From positions 64,001 to 128,000 of the forward strand of contig JAKFBU010000026.1 in the NCBI GenBank assembly GCA_036676985.1: a DNA stretch of 64,000 bases, in the 5' to 3' direction. The stretch is from Candidatus Sericytochromatia bacterium (GTDB lineage Bacteria; Cyanobacteriota; Sericytochromatia; S15B-MN24; UBA4093). Of this stretch, positions 38,381 to 48,648 are shown piece by piece; position 1 is the stretch's first letter, and each line of letters begins with the position of its first letter. The notes beneath the pieces were generated by a model. That model was not told where the DNA came from and searched no databases. It saw only the letters and a list, made by a program, of their open reading frames with translations. The translations under genes were made by a program, and so were the position numbers.

Positions 38381-39886
38381 ATGACCCTGACCCACCGTCC
38401 CACGCCGGCGAACACGTTCCCCCGCCTGGGCGATCGCCTCTCCACGTCCGCCCTCAACTACATCGCTGGGCGCTGGGAAGACGCCTCGTCCGGCCAGACC
38501 TTCGCGGTCGCGAACCCCGCGGACACCCGCGAGGTGCTCGGGCGCTTCCCCGAATCGGCTCCGGCCGACGTCGCGCGCGCCGTGCGCGCGGCCCAGGACG
38601 CCTTCCATGCCTGGTCGCGCACGCCCCAGCCCCAGCGGGGCCTGGTGATCGCCAAGGCGATCGCCCTGCTCAAGGAGCGCGCCGAGGAGCTCGCCCATGC
38701 CCTCACCTGGGAGGCGGGCAAGCCCCTGGCCGAGTCCCGCGTCGAGGTGACGCGCGGCCTCAACGCCATGGAGTACCTGGTCGCCGAGGCGCGCCGCAGC
38801 GGGGGGCAGACGATCCCCAGCGAGCTTCCGGGCACCTTCACCTACACCGTGCGCCGTCCCCTGGGCGTGGTGGGGCTCATCACCCCCTGGAACTTCCCCT
38901 TCGCCATCCCGGCCTGGAAGGTGGTGCCGGCCCTGGTCGCGGGCAACACGGCCGTCATGAAGCCCGCCGAGCAGACGCCCGTCTGCACGGCCATGATCAT
39001 GCAGGCCTTCGACGAGGCGGGCCTGCCGCCCGGCGTCCTCAACCTCGTCAACGGCGGCCCGGTGGTTGGTGAGGCGCTCGTGGCGGATCCCCTCGTCAAG
39101 GCCATCTCCTTCACGGGCAGCACCAGCGTCGGCAAGCTCATCAACCAGGCGGCCAGCGCGCGGCTCGCCAAGGTCCAGCTGGAGCTGGGCGGCAAGAACG
39201 CGGCCATCGTGCTCGAGGACGCCGACCTCGAGCACGCGGCCAAGGAGATCGCCGCGGGCGCTTGGGGCACCACCGGCCAGCGCTGCACTGCCACCAGCCG
39301 CGTCATCGTCATGCGGGGCGTGGCCCGTCAGCTGCTCGATCGCCTCAAGGCCCACGCCGCGGCCCTCAAGGTCGGAAGCGGCCTGGAGGACGGCCGGACC
39401 ATGGGGCCCCTCATCAACCAGGAGGCCCTCGACAAGGTGGAGCGGTACGTGGCGATCGCCCGCCAGGAAGGAGCCACCGTCGAGTACGGAGGCGAGCGCC
39501 TCGCTGGCGAGCTCTCGGGCGGCTACTTCCACGCTCCGACCCTGCTGTCGGGCGTGCGCCCGGAGCACACGGTGGCCAACGAGGAGATCTTCGGGCCGGT
39601 CCTGAGCGTCATCGAGGTGGACGGCTTCGAGGAGGCCCTCACGGTCGCGAACTCCGTGGCCTACGGCCTCTCGAGCTCGGTCTTCACGCGCGACGTGGGT
39701 CGGGTCTTCGGCTACGCCGAGGGCATCGAGACGGGCCTGGTGCATGTCAACTGCGCCACCGTGCTCAGCGAGGTGCACCTGCCCTTCGGCGGCATGAAGG
39801 ACTCGGGCTTCGGCGGGCGCGAGATGGGGCCGACGGTCATGGACTTCTTCACCGAGTGGCAGACCATGTACCTGCGTCATCCCTAG
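38381..39886 (+). CDS. Aldehyde dehydrogenase (alpha-ketoglutarate semialdehyde dehydrogenase-like)
   Basis: ITPWNFP, FTGSTSVG, LELGGKN, GQRCTA, EEIFGPV. Confidence 0.92.
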   Translation: MTLTHRPTPANTFPRLGDRLSTSALNYIAGRWEDASSGQTFAVANPADTREVLGRFPESAPADVARAVRAAQDAFHAWSRTPQPQRGLVIAKAIALLKERAEELAHALTWEAGKPLAESRVEVTRGLNAMEYLVAEARRSGGQTIPSELPGTFTYTVRRPLGVVGLITPWNFPFAIPAWKVVPALVAGNTAVMKPAEQTPVCTAMIMQAFDEAGLPPGVLNLVNGGPVVGEALVADPLVKAISFTGSTSVGKLINQAASARLAKVQLELGGKNAAIVLEDADLEHAAKEIAAGAWGTTGQRCTATSRVIVMRGVARQLLDRLKAHAAALKVGSGLEDGRTMGPLINQEALDKVERYVAIARQEGATVEYGGERLAGELSGGYFHAPTLLSGVRPEHTVANEEIFGPVLSVIEVDGFEEALTVANSVAYGLSSSVFTRDVGRVFGYAEGIETGLVHVNCATVLSEVHLPFGGMKDSGFGGREMGPTVMDFFTEWQTMYLRHP

Positions 39887-39980
39887 CTAGCTAGGCTTGG
39901 ACATGCGGCACTAACGATCGATCGTCGGACCGGGCTACCCTGAACCTTGCGAGTGTGCTTGTTTCAGGGAGGTGGACGAC

Positions 39981-40199
39981 ATGAATCGCAAGCTCATGAT
40001 CCTGGCGGTGACCGGCGCGATCGTCCTGGCGGGTTGTGCCCGCATGATGGCGGACAAGCCCAAGGAGGACGGCATGCGGACCTCGGTGCAGATGATGGAG
40101 GCTCCCCAGGAGGCGGCGGCGAAGCCGGCGCCCTCCAAGGCCCAGCCCGCCAAGCCCAAGCCCAAGCCGGTGCCGAAGACGACCCAGCAGCGCCACTAA
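39981..40199 (+). CDS. Small Lys/Pro-rich lipoprotein
   Basis: MNRKLMILAVTGAIVLAGC lipobox; GGAGG RBS; followed by a strong hairpin. Confidence 0.7.
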   Translation: MNRKLMILAVTGAIVLAGCARMMADKPKEDGMRTSVQMMEAPQEAAAKPAPSKAQPAKPKPKPVPKTTQQRH

Positions 40200-40201
40200 T
40201 C

Positions 40202-40238
40202 ACCAGACACCCCGGGGCCCCGCCCCGGGGTGTCTGGT
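40202..40238 (+). terminator. Hairpin after the small lipoprotein gene
   Basis: ACCAGACACCCCGGGGC-CCC-GCCCCGGGGTGTCTGGT. Confidence 0.6.
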
Positions 40239-40371
40239 TGTGCGCCCTGTGCGGGCGTCCGTCCTCGCTCGGCGCGGGGGCTGCCCTTGCCCAAGAGGTG
40301 TGGCAACAGGTATCATGGCGCGGAAAGGCCCGTGGGAGCCACTTCTTGCCGCGGGCAGAGGCGTAGCGTAG

Positions 40372-41019
40372 ATGTTTACCGGTTTGATCGAGGAGGTCGG
40401 CACCCTGCTGGCGCGTCGCGGCGGCCAGCTCGAGTTGCTGGCCCCGGGGATCGCGCCCGAGCTCAAGCTCGGCGACAGCGTGGCCGTCAACGGCATCTGC
40501 CTGACGGCCACGGGCCTCGGCGGCGATCGCTTCACGGCGGACATCTCGCAGAGCACCCTCGACGTCACGACCGCCGGCCGCTGGATGCCGGGCAAGCAGC
40601 TCAACCTCGAACGCGCCCTGGCGCTGGGCGATCGCCTCGGCGGCCACCTGGTGTCGGGCCACGTGGACGGCGTGGGCCGCCTGGTGCGGCGCGAGCGCCT
40701 CGGCGAGGCCTGGCGGCTCGAGTTCGCCATGCCCTCCGAGCTCTCCGTCTTTCTGGTGCCCAAGGGCTCGATCACCATCGACGGCACCAGCCTCACGGTC
40801 AACGAGGTCTCCGACGAGAGCTTCAGCGTGACCATCATCCCCCACACCGGGGCCAAGACGACCGTGCTGTCGCTGCAGCCCGGTCAAGAGGTCAACCTCG
40901 AGGTGGACCTCCTGGCCAAGTACCTGCACCGCATGCTCGCGAGCTACGCGGCTCCGGGTCGCCCCAAGGCGGGCGGCCTGAGCCTCGAGACGCTCGCGGC
41001 TGCCGGCTTTATAGAATAG
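40372..41019 (+). CDS. ribE: Riboflavin synthase alpha chain
   Basis: [32 protein letters not shown]. Confidence 0.96.
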   Translation: MFTGLIEEVGTLLARRGGQLELLAPGIAPELKLGDSVAVNGICLTATGLGGDRFTADISQSTLDVTTAGRWMPGKQLNLERALALGDRLGGHLVSGHVDGVGRLVRRERLGEAWRLEFAMPSELSVFLVPKGSITIDGTSLTVNEVSDESFSVTIIPHTGAKTTVLSLQPGQEVNLEVDLLAKYLHRMLASYAAPGRPKAGGLSLETLAAAGFIE

Positions 41020-41027
41020 ATGGAACC

Positions 41028-42224
41028 ATGAAGACCTTTGCCGAGATCCCGGACGTCCTCGAGGCCCTGAAAGCAGGCCGCATGGTCGTGGTGGTCGACG
41101 ACGAGGACCGCGAGAACGAGGGCGACCTCATCCTTGCCTCCGAGCACGTCACGCCCGAGGCCATCAACTTCATGGCCACCTACGGCCGCGGCCTCATCTG
41201 CCTGGCCGTGACGCCCGAGCGGGCCCAGGCCCTGGACCTCGCGCCCATGGTCCAGGCCAACACGGACACCCATGCCACGGCCTTCACCGTCTCCATCGAC
41301 GGGGTGCGCGGCGTTTCGACCGGCATCTCGGCCGCGGACCGCGCCCAGACCGTCCGGACCGTGCTCGCGGCCGACACCCGCCCGGAGGACCTGCGCCGCC
41401 CCGGCCACGTCTTCCCGCTGGTGGCCAAGCCCGGCGGCGTGCTCATCCGCGCCGGCCACACCGAGGCCGCGGTCGATCTCGCCCGGCTCGCGGGGCTCGC
41501 GCCCTCGGGCGTGATCTGCGAGATCCTCAACCCGGACGGCACCATGGCCCGCCTGCCCCAGCTGCAGGAGTTCGCCCAGCAGCACGACCTGCTCATCACC
41601 AGCGTCGCCAAGCTCATCGCCTACCGCGTGGAGCGCGAGCGCTTCGTCGTGCGCAAGAGCGTCGCCAAGCTGCCCACCAAGTACGGCGAGTTCACCATCT
41701 ACGGCTACGAGAACCTCATGAACGGCGCCCACCACGTGGCGCTGGTCATGGGCGACCCCACCCAGGAGGGGACGCTCGTGCGCATGCACTCCGAGTGCCT
41801 GACGGGTGATGCCCTCGGCTCGTTGCGCTGCGACTGCGGCGAGCAGCGGGACCGGGCGTTGCAGGCGATCGCCCGCGAGGGCCGCGGGGTGCTCGTCTAC
41901 CTGCGCCAGGAGGGCCGCGGCATCGGCCTGCTCAACAAGATCCACGCCTACAAGCTCCAGGACGAGGGGCTCGACACGGTCGAGGCCAACCTCAAGCTCG
42001 GCTTCGCCGCCGACCTGCGCGACTACGGCACGGGCGCCCAGATCCTGGTGGACCTCGGCGTGCGCCGCATGCGCCTCTTGACCAACAACCCCCGCAAGGT
42101 CTCGGGCCTCGACGGCTACGGCCTCGAGGTGATCGACCGCGTGCCCATCCAGGTTGCCCCCAATCCCCACAACGAGCGCTATCTCGAGACCAAGGGCGAG
42201 AAGCTCGGCCACCTGCTTTCGTAG
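41028..42224 (+). CDS. ribBA: Bifunctional DHBP synthase / GTP cyclohydrolase II
   Basis: [44 protein letters not shown]. Confidence 0.96.
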   Translation: MKTFAEIPDVLEALKAGRMVVVVDDEDRENEGDLILASEHVTPEAINFMATYGRGLICLAVTPERAQALDLAPMVQANTDTHATAFTVSIDGVRGVSTGISAADRAQTVRTVLAADTRPEDLRRPGHVFPLVAKPGGVLIRAGHTEAAVDLARLAGLAPSGVICEILNPDGTMARLPQLQEFAQQHDLLITSVAKLIAYRVERERFVVRKSVAKLPTKYGEFTIYGYENLMNGAHHVALVMGDPTQEGTLVRMHSECLTGDALGSLRCDCGEQRDRALQAIAREGRGVLVYLRQEGRGIGLLNKIHAYKLQDEGLDTVEANLKLGFAADLRDYGTGAQILVDLGVRRMRLLTNNPRKVSGLDGYGLEVIDRVPIQVAPNPHNERYLETKGEKLGHLLS

Positions 42225-42248
42225 CCTCTTCACGGAAAGGACCCAGTC

Positions 42249-42716
42249 ATGCCCAAGACCCTCGGCGGGAACCTGCTCGCCGCCAACTACCAGTTCGCGA
42301 TCGTCGTCGGCCGCTTCAACGAGTTCATCGGCAGCCGCCTCCTGGCGGGGGCGCTGGATGCCATCGAGCGGCACGGCGGCCAGGACGAGAACGTGACGGT
42401 CGTCTGGGCGCCCGGCGCCTTCGAGATCCCGGTGGTCGCGAGCCGGCTCGCGAAGTCGGGCCAGTTCGACGCCGTCATCTGCCTGGGGGCGGTGATCCGC
42501 GGCTCGACGCCGCACTTCGACTACGTGGCCGCCGAGGTCTCCAAGGGCGTGGCGAGCATCGCGCTCCAGACGGGCGTGCCCGTGATCTTCGGGGTGCTCA
42601 CGACGGACACCATCGAGCAGGCCGTCGAGCGGGCGGGAACCAAGGCCGGCAACAAGGGCTGGGAGTCCGCCGTGGCGGCCATCGAGATGGCCAACCTGCT
42701 GCCGCAGCTGCCTTAG
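42249..42716 (+). CDS. ribH: 6,7-dimethyl-8-ribityllumazine synthase
   Basis: [30 protein letters not shown]. Confidence 0.97.
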   Translation: MPKTLGGNLLAANYQFAIVVGRFNEFIGSRLLAGALDAIERHGGQDENVTVVWAPGAFEIPVVASRLAKSGQFDAVICLGAVIRGSTPHFDYVAAEVSKGVASIALQTGVPVIFGVLTTDTIEQAVERAGTKAGNKGWESAVAAIEMANLLPQLP

Positions 42717-42867
42717 TAAGGAACCGTTCGCCCCTTCGACAGGCTCAGGACGAACGGAATTTGTGGTGGGTGCCTCGAGTGCTAGTTCGCTTGAACCGAA
42801 TCGCCCCCGCTTGAGGTCAACAACCATCCGTTCACCCTGAGGCTCTCGAAGGGCGAACGGTTCCTTA
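42717..42867. mobile_element. MITE/REPIN-like element, copy 3 (complete, 151 bp)
   Basis: Perfect terminal inverted repeats TAAGGAACCGTTCGCCC...GGGCGAACGGTTCCTTA, each end a REP-like hairpin. Confidence 0.8.
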
Positions 42868-42870
42868 TTC

Positions 42871-42905
42871 CCGGCGCCCGATCCCCCAAGGGGATCGGGC
42901 GCCGG
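42871..42905 (+). terminator. Strong hairpin after the rib operon
   Basis: CCGGCGCCCGATCCCC-CAA-GGGGATCGGGCGCCGG. Confidence 0.6.
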
Positions 42906-43039
42906 GGTCGTTCTGCCCTGCCAAGGTGCCTGCTCTACGGGCTGTGGGCGGCTCGACGATTAGGCCAGGCCCCGTTTGGGAATAAAGACGCTGACCTCCG
43001 GATTCGGAGGCCCTTTGCGTTGCCCAAGAAGGGGATGCC

Positions 43040-43669
43040 ATGCCCAAGTTACGCTTCAATACCCGGACGTTCGCCCTCCTGGCCGTCTGCTTTACGCTGT
43101 GGGGCTGTCCGAACACCGGCACCACCATCACGCCATCCGGCGACGACGACGACAGCGACTCCAACAGCTTCACCGGGCAGCCCACCCCGAAACCCGGCGC
43201 CACGCCGACCCCTCGGCCGACGCCCACGCCGACTCCGAACCCGGGGGCCAGTCCCACCCCCACCCCGTCGCCCACGCCCTCGACGGGCCCCACGCCCACC
43301 CCGCGGCCGCGCCTCCAGTCGGTGCTGCTACTGAACCGCATCACCCAGATGTGGCTCCTGGAGCAGACCCCCACCACCACGCCGCCCGTCTCGATCCCGA
43401 GCACCTACAGCTTCCGGGCCGAGGTCGTCACCTTCCTGGGCACCTCCGCCTCCACCAGCAGCTCGGTGGTGTGGAGCTCCTCCAACCCGTCGGTCCTGAC
43501 GATCGATCCCGTCACGGGCTACGCCAGCAGCAACGTCGGCCTGGGACTGTACCTGGTGACGGTGCGCGCGGCCACGAGCAACCCCCTGGCCTCCGACACC
43601 TCGACGCGGAGCGACACGGTGAACATCACCGTCGGCAACAGCGGCACGCTCGACGTGACGATTGAGTAA
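43040..43669 (+). CDS. Lipoprotein with Pro/Thr linker and Ig-like (Big_2-like) domain
   Basis: LWGC lipobox, (PT)n linker, VVWSSSNPSVLTID..G motif. Confidence 0.75.
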   Translation: MPKLRFNTRTFALLAVCFTLWGCPNTGTTITPSGDDDDSDSNSFTGQPTPKPGATPTPRPTPTPTPNPGASPTPTPSPTPSTGPTPTPRPRLQSVLLLNRITQMWLLEQTPTTTPPVSIPSTYSFRAEVVTFLGTSASTSSSVVWSSSNPSVLTIDPVTGYASSNVGLGLYLVTVRAATSNPLASDTSTRSDTVNITVGNSGTLDVTIE

Positions 43670-43678
43670 GGGGAAGCC

Positions 43679-46402
43679 ATGCGCAAGTTCGTTCGAACCA
43701 GTATCATCCTCGCCGCGGCCATGGCCCTCGCCCTGACGGGCTGCCGCCCACCGCTCAACCTCGTGCGTCCAGGTGGCGACGGCTTTGTCACCGGCGGTTC
43801 CGGCATCCAGGTGGAGCCCGAGGGCAAGGGCGGCATGAACGTCACCATCAAGTGGCCGCCGCCCATCGAGCGGGCCGTCCAGGCCATCCCGGCCGTCGCC
43901 AACACCATCCACCTCAAGGTCTCGACCCGCGAGGGCGTGGTCAAGGCAAGTCGCATCTTCAACCGACCGGCGACCACCGAGAGCCTCGTCTCGACGGCCT
44001 CTCTCTCCGTCGGCGTGGGCTCGAGCCTCATCGTCGAGGTCAACGCCTACCGCCAGCAGTTCGCCACCGACAGCGTGGGCGTGCTGCCCACCGCCGAGCA
44101 GATCATCGCCCAGGGCACCCAGGAGAACGTGACGGTCACGCTCAACGCGACGACCAGCGTCCGCCTCCAGCTGGACCCGGACGTCACGCTCGCGGGCCGG
44201 GGCGGTGCCGCCTCCTTGGGCCTCGACCAGATCCCCTGGCAGCTCATCGACTACGATCCCCGGGGCCCGGCCGTCTGGACGGAGCTCAACGATCCCCAGA
44301 ACCTGACCTACGATCCGGTCGGAAAGTACCTCTACTTCACCGAGCGCCCCGATCCGGGTCGTAACACCGAGGGGTATCGCATCATGCGCCTGTCCCTCTT
44401 CAGCGACACCAGTACCGGCAGCTACGGTCTCATGACCCTGGTGGCCGGCGGGGCGGCCCTGAACTCCGCGCGCCAGTCCGAGACGGCCGTGGCCCCCTTC
44501 ACCACCATCGAGAACCTCCGGACCGTGGCCTCGGATGCGACGGGCAACCTTTACTACACGGAGCAGGGCTTACAGAACCGCATCCGCAAGCTCGCGCCGA
44601 ACGGCGTGGTCACCAACTTCGCGCAGGGCCTGATCAACCCCGAGGGCATGCTCGCCCATGGCGATCGCCTCTACGTCGCGGACGGCACCGGCAACCGGGT
44701 GTATGCCTACGACTCGGTCGGCTCGCCCCTCTGGACGGCCGGCGGCGGCACGGAGAGTTCGGACGGCGCCTCCACGAGCTTCATCCCCCTGGCCTCCGCC
44801 TCGATCCCGGGACCTTCCGCCCTGGCGGTCTGGGGCAACAGCCTGTACGTGGCCTCCACGGCGGGCCGGGTCCTCGAGATCAACCTCGGCGTCGCCGAGA
44901 CGCCTGGCTCCAACGCCATCCGGACCCTCACGGCGGTCGCCGGCGAAACGCCCGGAGCCGTCGCGCAGGACATGGACGAGACGACCTTCGGCGCCCTGGG
45001 CGGCATCGCGGCCTCGGGTGGCGACCTCTACCTCTCCGACATCACCAACCGCGGCGTCTGGAAGGTCCCGGCCGATCCCGAGGGCAGCGTCACGGCCACT
45101 GCCGCCCGGGTGACGGGCTTCCAGCCGGTCGGCACCAACATCGGCCAGTTCAACACCCCCACGGGCCTCCTGCTGGTGGGGACCACCCTGTACGTCTGCG
45201 ACACGGGCAACAACCGGATCCAGCAGGTGGACACGGGGACGCTGGCGACCACGCACTTCGCCGGCCGCAGCGATGCCCTCGGCGAGATGATCGACGGCCC
45301 CTCGGTCTATGGCGGCCAGCCCTACGCCACCCTCTGGGGGCCGCGGGCGATCGCCACTCGCTCGGTCGGCACCAGCATGGTCGTGGCCGACACGGGCAGC
45401 GCCCGGCTCAGGGGGGTTACGACCACGGGCTACCTGTCGACCTTGCTCGGCTACTGGAACTTGTCCCGACTGTCCCGCGGGGTGGGGCTGGACGCGCACA
45501 ACCTGCACCTGGGGCCCATCGCGGCGCTTGCCCTCCAGCCGACCACCGGCGCTACCGCTCCGCGGCTCTACGCCTTGACGAGCGACGACGACGACGATGC
45601 GGGCGGTCAGGCCGTCTACCGGATCGACGGACTCGACAACCCGGCCTTCGGGCCCCGCACCTACCAGATGCAGCAGGTCAACTCGGTCGTCACGACGCGG
45701 ATGCTGTTCGAGAACATGGCCTCGCGCATCGGCAGCACCTTCCCGCGGGTGGTCGACGACCCCACGGGCATCGGCGTGAGCCCGCGCACGGGGGACGTCG
45801 TCTTCTCGGTGGCGGGCACCTACCACTCGCTCTTGCGGTGGGACGGCGTCAGTCCGGAGCTCACCTACAGTGCGGGCACGTTGCCCGCCCAGGGCTACTT
45901 CAAGTTCGCGGGCACCGGTGCCCAGGGCTACAACGGCGAGGGTCCGGCGACCCTGGTGCAGGTCAGCCAGCCGCGCCGGGTGCGCTTCGACCAGCAGGGC
46001 AACTGCTACTTCCTCGCGGTCAACGCCTCGGGGGCGAGCATCCTGCGCCGGGTCAGCTCCAGCGAGCCCGACGCCAACCGCTGGAAGATCAGCACCATCG
46101 CGGGCGGCGGCACCCAGACGGTGCCGCAGGTGACGGCCTCCGCTCCGCCCGTCTCGGCGGTGCTCGCCAACCTGGGCGCGGTGGCGGACTTCGACATCGA
46201 CAGCCAGGGCAACATCTACCTGGCGAGCGGCACGCGGATCTACCGCATGGACCAGCGGGCCGCCACCATGACCGAGGTCTACAACTCCACCAACCGCAAC
46301 TTCACGTCGATCGCCTTCGACGAGAACGACGCGGCGATCATCTTCACCTACGCCGAGGAGCAGAGCAAGATCAAGAAGGTCTACCTCTCGCGCCTCTTCT
46401 AG
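43679..46402 (+). CDS. Large NHL-repeat (beta-propeller) lipoprotein
   Basis: LTGC lipobox; LNDPQNL, LINPEGM..YVADGTGNRV, QFNTPTGL..DTGNNRIQ, AGTGAQGYNG. Confidence 0.8.
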   Translation: MRKFVRTSIILAAAMALALTGCRPPLNLVRPGGDGFVTGGSGIQVEPEGKGGMNVTIKWPPPIERAVQAIPAVANTIHLKVSTREGVVKASRIFNRPATTESLVSTASLSVGVGSSLIVEVNAYRQQFATDSVGVLPTAEQIIAQGTQENVTVTLNATTSVRLQLDPDVTLAGRGGAASLGLDQIPWQLIDYDPRGPAVWTELNDPQNLTYDPVGKYLYFTERPDPGRNTEGYRIMRLSLFSDTSTGSYGLMTLVAGGAALNSARQSETAVAPFTTIENLRTVASDATGNLYYTEQGLQNRIRKLAPNGVVTNFAQGLINPEGMLAHGDRLYVADGTGNRVYAYDSVGSPLWTAGGGTESSDGASTSFIPLASASIPGPSALAVWGNSLYVASTAGRVLEINLGVAETPGSNAIRTLTAVAGETPGAVAQDMDETTFGALGGIAASGGDLYLSDITNRGVWKVPADPEGSVTATAARVTGFQPVGTNIGQFNTPTGLLLVGTTLYVCDTGNNRIQQVDTGTLATTHFAGRSDALGEMIDGPSVYGGQPYATLWGPRAIATRSVGTSMVVADTGSARLRGVTTTGYLSTLLGYWNLSRLSRGVGLDAHNLHLGPIAALALQPTTGATAPRLYALTSDDDDDAGGQAVYRIDGLDNPAFGPRTYQMQQVNSVVTTRMLFENMASRIGSTFPRVVDDPTGIGVSPRTGDVVFSVAGTYHSLLRWDGVSPELTYSAGTLPAQGYFKFAGTGAQGYNGEGPATLVQVSQPRRVRFDQQGNCYFLAVNASGASILRRVSSSEPDANRWKISTIAGGGTQTVPQVTASAPPVSAVLANLGAVADFDIDSQGNIYLASGTRIYRMDQRAATMTEVYNSTNRNFTSIAFDENDAAIIFTYAEEQSKIKKVYLSRLF

Positions 46403-46411
46403 GTCGAGATC

Positions 46412-46445
46412 GACGCGGCCCCCGCCACTCGGCGGGGGCCGCGTC
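46412..46445 (+). terminator. Rho-independent terminator
   Basis: GACGCGGCCCCCGCC-ACTC-GGCGGGGGCCGCGTC then GTTTT. Confidence 0.7.
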
Positions 46446-46456
46446 GTTTTGAGGGC

Positions 46457-46972
46457 CTAGCCCTCGCCCTCCTCGGAGAGCGGGAAGAGGATGGCGCCCG
46501 TGGTCGGGTCGCGCATGGCCATGAGGGCCGAGAGGTCGTCGGTGGCGGCCGCCAGCGCCGGGTACCCGATGAGGATGCGCCCCTCCTCCTCGACGATGGG
46601 GCCGAGGGCCGGCACGATCAGCGTCCGGTCGGGGCGCGCGACCTCGTAGCCCAGCACCTGGCCCGTGGCGAGGTCGAAGATCACGTCCGTGACGCGGCCC
46701 TGCACCGTGCCGTCCGGCGTCTCCAGGCGCTTGCCCATGCCGCTGGGCCCCAGGTCCGGCGCGGGGTCGGCCGGCGGGGCGACACCGATCACGCCCGGCT
46801 CGATGGAGGTGATCTGCTGGAGGCGGACGATCTCGGCGCTCTGGTCGATCTGCAGCCCGACGAGGGTCCCGCTGTCGGGATCCCAGATCACGCTCGTGAC
46901 CCGGCCGATCGTGCGGCCGGTCGTCACGTCGACGACCGTCTGCTGGTGCAGCTCGCGCCCGTAGAACAGCAC
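46457..46972 (-). CDS. Tandem PRC-barrel protein
   Basis: VVDVTTGRTIGRV and TPDGTVQGRVTDVIFDLATGQVLGYEV. Confidence 0.75.
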   Translation of the reverse strand: MLFYGRELHQQTVVDVTTGRTIGRVTSVIWDPDSGTLVGLQIDQSAEIVRLQQITSIEPGVIGVAPPADPAPDLGPSGMGKRLETPDGTVQGRVTDVIFDLATGQVLGYEVARPDRTLIVPALGPIVEEEGRILIGYPALAAATDDLSALMAMRDPTTGAILFPLSEEGEG

Positions 46973-46986
46973 GCGTCCTCCTCACG

Positions 46987-47022
46987 AAAAAGGGGCATGC
47001 CAGGGTCATCCTGGCATGCCCC
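46987..47022 (-). terminator. Terminator after the cyclophilin gene
   Basis: Minus strand GGGGCATGCCAGG-ATGAC-CCTGGCATGCCCC-TTTTT. Confidence 0.7.
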
Positions 47023-47077
47023 GATCCTATAAGCCCGGCGCGGCCGACGCAACGTCTAGCCGGTCGCCTGAACGGGC

Positions 47078-47503
47078 CTATTCGTCGACGATCGTGACCT
47101 TGTCCATACGGTCGTTCTGGGCGATGGCGTCCACCACCTCCTGGCCGCGCACGACCTGGCCGAACACGGTGTGGACCCCGTCCAGGTGCGGCTGGGCCGT
47201 GTGGGTGATGAAGAACTGGCTGCCGCCGGTGTCCTTGCCGCGGTGCGCCATGGACAGGGCGCCCTTGCCGTGCTTGCGAGGGTTGATCTCGCAGGGGATG
47301 GTGTAGCCGGGACCGCCGCGGCCGGAACCTTCCGGGCAGCCACCCTGGATCATGAAGTCCGAGATGACGCGGTGGAAGGTCAGGCCGTCGTAGTAGCCCT
47401 TCTGGGCGAGCGTGACGAAGTTGTGGACGGTGTTGGGGGCGTCCTGCTCGAAGAGCTCGAGCTCGATGTCGCCCTTGGCGGTGGTGATGATGGCCTTCTT
47501 CAT
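47078..47503 (-). CDS. Cyclophilin-type peptidyl-prolyl isomerase
   Basis: [40 protein letters not shown]. Confidence 0.95.
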   Translation of the reverse strand: MKKAIITTAKGDIELELFEQDAPNTVHNFVTLAQKGYYDGLTFHRVISDFMIQGGCPEGSGRGGPGYTIPCEINPRKHGKGALSMAHRGKDTGGSQFFITHTAQPHLDGVHTVFGQVVRGQEVVDAIAQNDRMDKVTIVDE

Positions 47504-47580
47504 TGACAGGGTCTCCTGGCGGGGTCTGCGTAGGGGGTGTGACGTCCTCCCATTCTGGCATGCCCCCGGGGCCTCGGCAA

Positions 47581-48246
47581 TCAGGCCTCGAGGGAGATCT
47601 GGTTGACGACGTCCTTGACGCCCCAGACGGCCCAGGCGTCGTCCTCGGCGGTCTGGCGCTCGGTGGCGTTGCGGGCCACGCCGTTCAGGAAGACCACGCC
47701 GTCCCGGGTGAAGATCTGGAAGCGCAGGGCGTCCACCAGCTTGTCCTTGTCGTAGGCCACCCGCACCATGGTCGTGATCTCGTCGTCGGAGTCGTCCTCG
47801 GCGGGCTCCACCCGGATCTCGTTGCGCACGTCCACCACGCCCGCCACCCACCAGGCGATGATGCCCGCCAGGCGCTTCTTGGCGATCGCGTCCTCGCTGC
47901 CCGACAGCGTCACCACGCCGTTGTCGACGTGGACGACGAGCTTCTTCTCGTTGAGGTAGGGGTCTTCTTCGAGGGCGTTGCGGAGGTGGAGGAGGATCTC
48001 CGCGTCCGTGCGCGCGGGGACCGGGCGGACCCGCAGGTGGTTGAAGACTTCTCGGACGCCGGGCACCTCGCGGATGAGCCGCTCGGCGATTTGCTTCTCG
48101 GCCAGGCTCTCGACCTGGCCCTCGAGCAGGACGGTCCCGCCCTGGCTCGTCAGTTTGATGGCGCCCCCTTCCGACTGGGCCCTCACCCGAGGGTCGCGTA
48201 CCAGGGCCGCCACCGTCGCCTTCTCAATCTCGACATCGGTCTGCAT
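47581..48246 (-). CDS. BON-domain protein (three domains, no signal peptide)
   Basis: Three D.EI...GxVxLxG...GVxxVxN repeats. Confidence 0.85.
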   Translation of the reverse strand: MQTDVEIEKATVAALVRDPRVRAQSEGGAIKLTSQGGTVLLEGQVESLAEKQIAERLIREVPGVREVFNHLRVRPVPARTDAEILLHLRNALEEDPYLNEKKLVVHVDNGVVTLSGSEDAIAKKRLAGIIAWWVAGVVDVRNEIRVEPAEDDSDDEITTMVRVAYDKDKLVDALRFQIFTRDGVVFLNGVARNATERQTAEDDAWAVWGVKDVVNQISLEA

Positions 48247-48339
48247 GGCCGATCCTCCTCTGCGCTTGCGCCGCTTTCGCTCTTACTCTAGCGCGCCGGG
48301 CGAGGGGGTCGATTGGACAAAAGGACGAAGATCGAAGGG

Positions 48340-48597
48340 CTAGTCGTTGTCCGGGGAGTTGAGCGGCCGGAACTGACGGATCTTGCCCTGCTGGGGAGCG
48401 GGCTGGGCGGGGGGCTTCAGGAGGCCCTGGAAACGCTTGTCCGCTTCACCGACCATGCGCGCGAAGGCCGCGAAGTCGTCGACGCTGAAGTAGAGGGCCG
48501 CCTGGTAGGCATTGACGACGACCTTGTTCTCGCCCTCGACGTACCAGATCGTGCCGAACTCGCATTCCCCCAAGGTCCGGAAGTTGTTGACGTCCAC
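48340..48597 (-). CDS. Hypothetical protein (85 aa)
   Basis: GTG start after AAGGAG; GC3-biased codons. Confidence 0.65.
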   Translation of the reverse strand: MDVNNFRTLGECEFGTIWYVEGENKVVVNAYQAALYFSVDDFAAFARMVGEADKRFQGLLKPPAQPAPQQGKIRQFRPLNSPDND

Positions 48598-48648
48598 GCC
48601 GCGATGCTCCTTTGTTGAGAGGCTAAAGCTGGTGTCTAGTCTACCACA

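Noticed and set aside
28303-42867. CRISPR interpretation of the ~35-nt palindromic repeats
   Set aside because: Copies are inverted and dispersed, not a regularly spaced direct array; no cas genes
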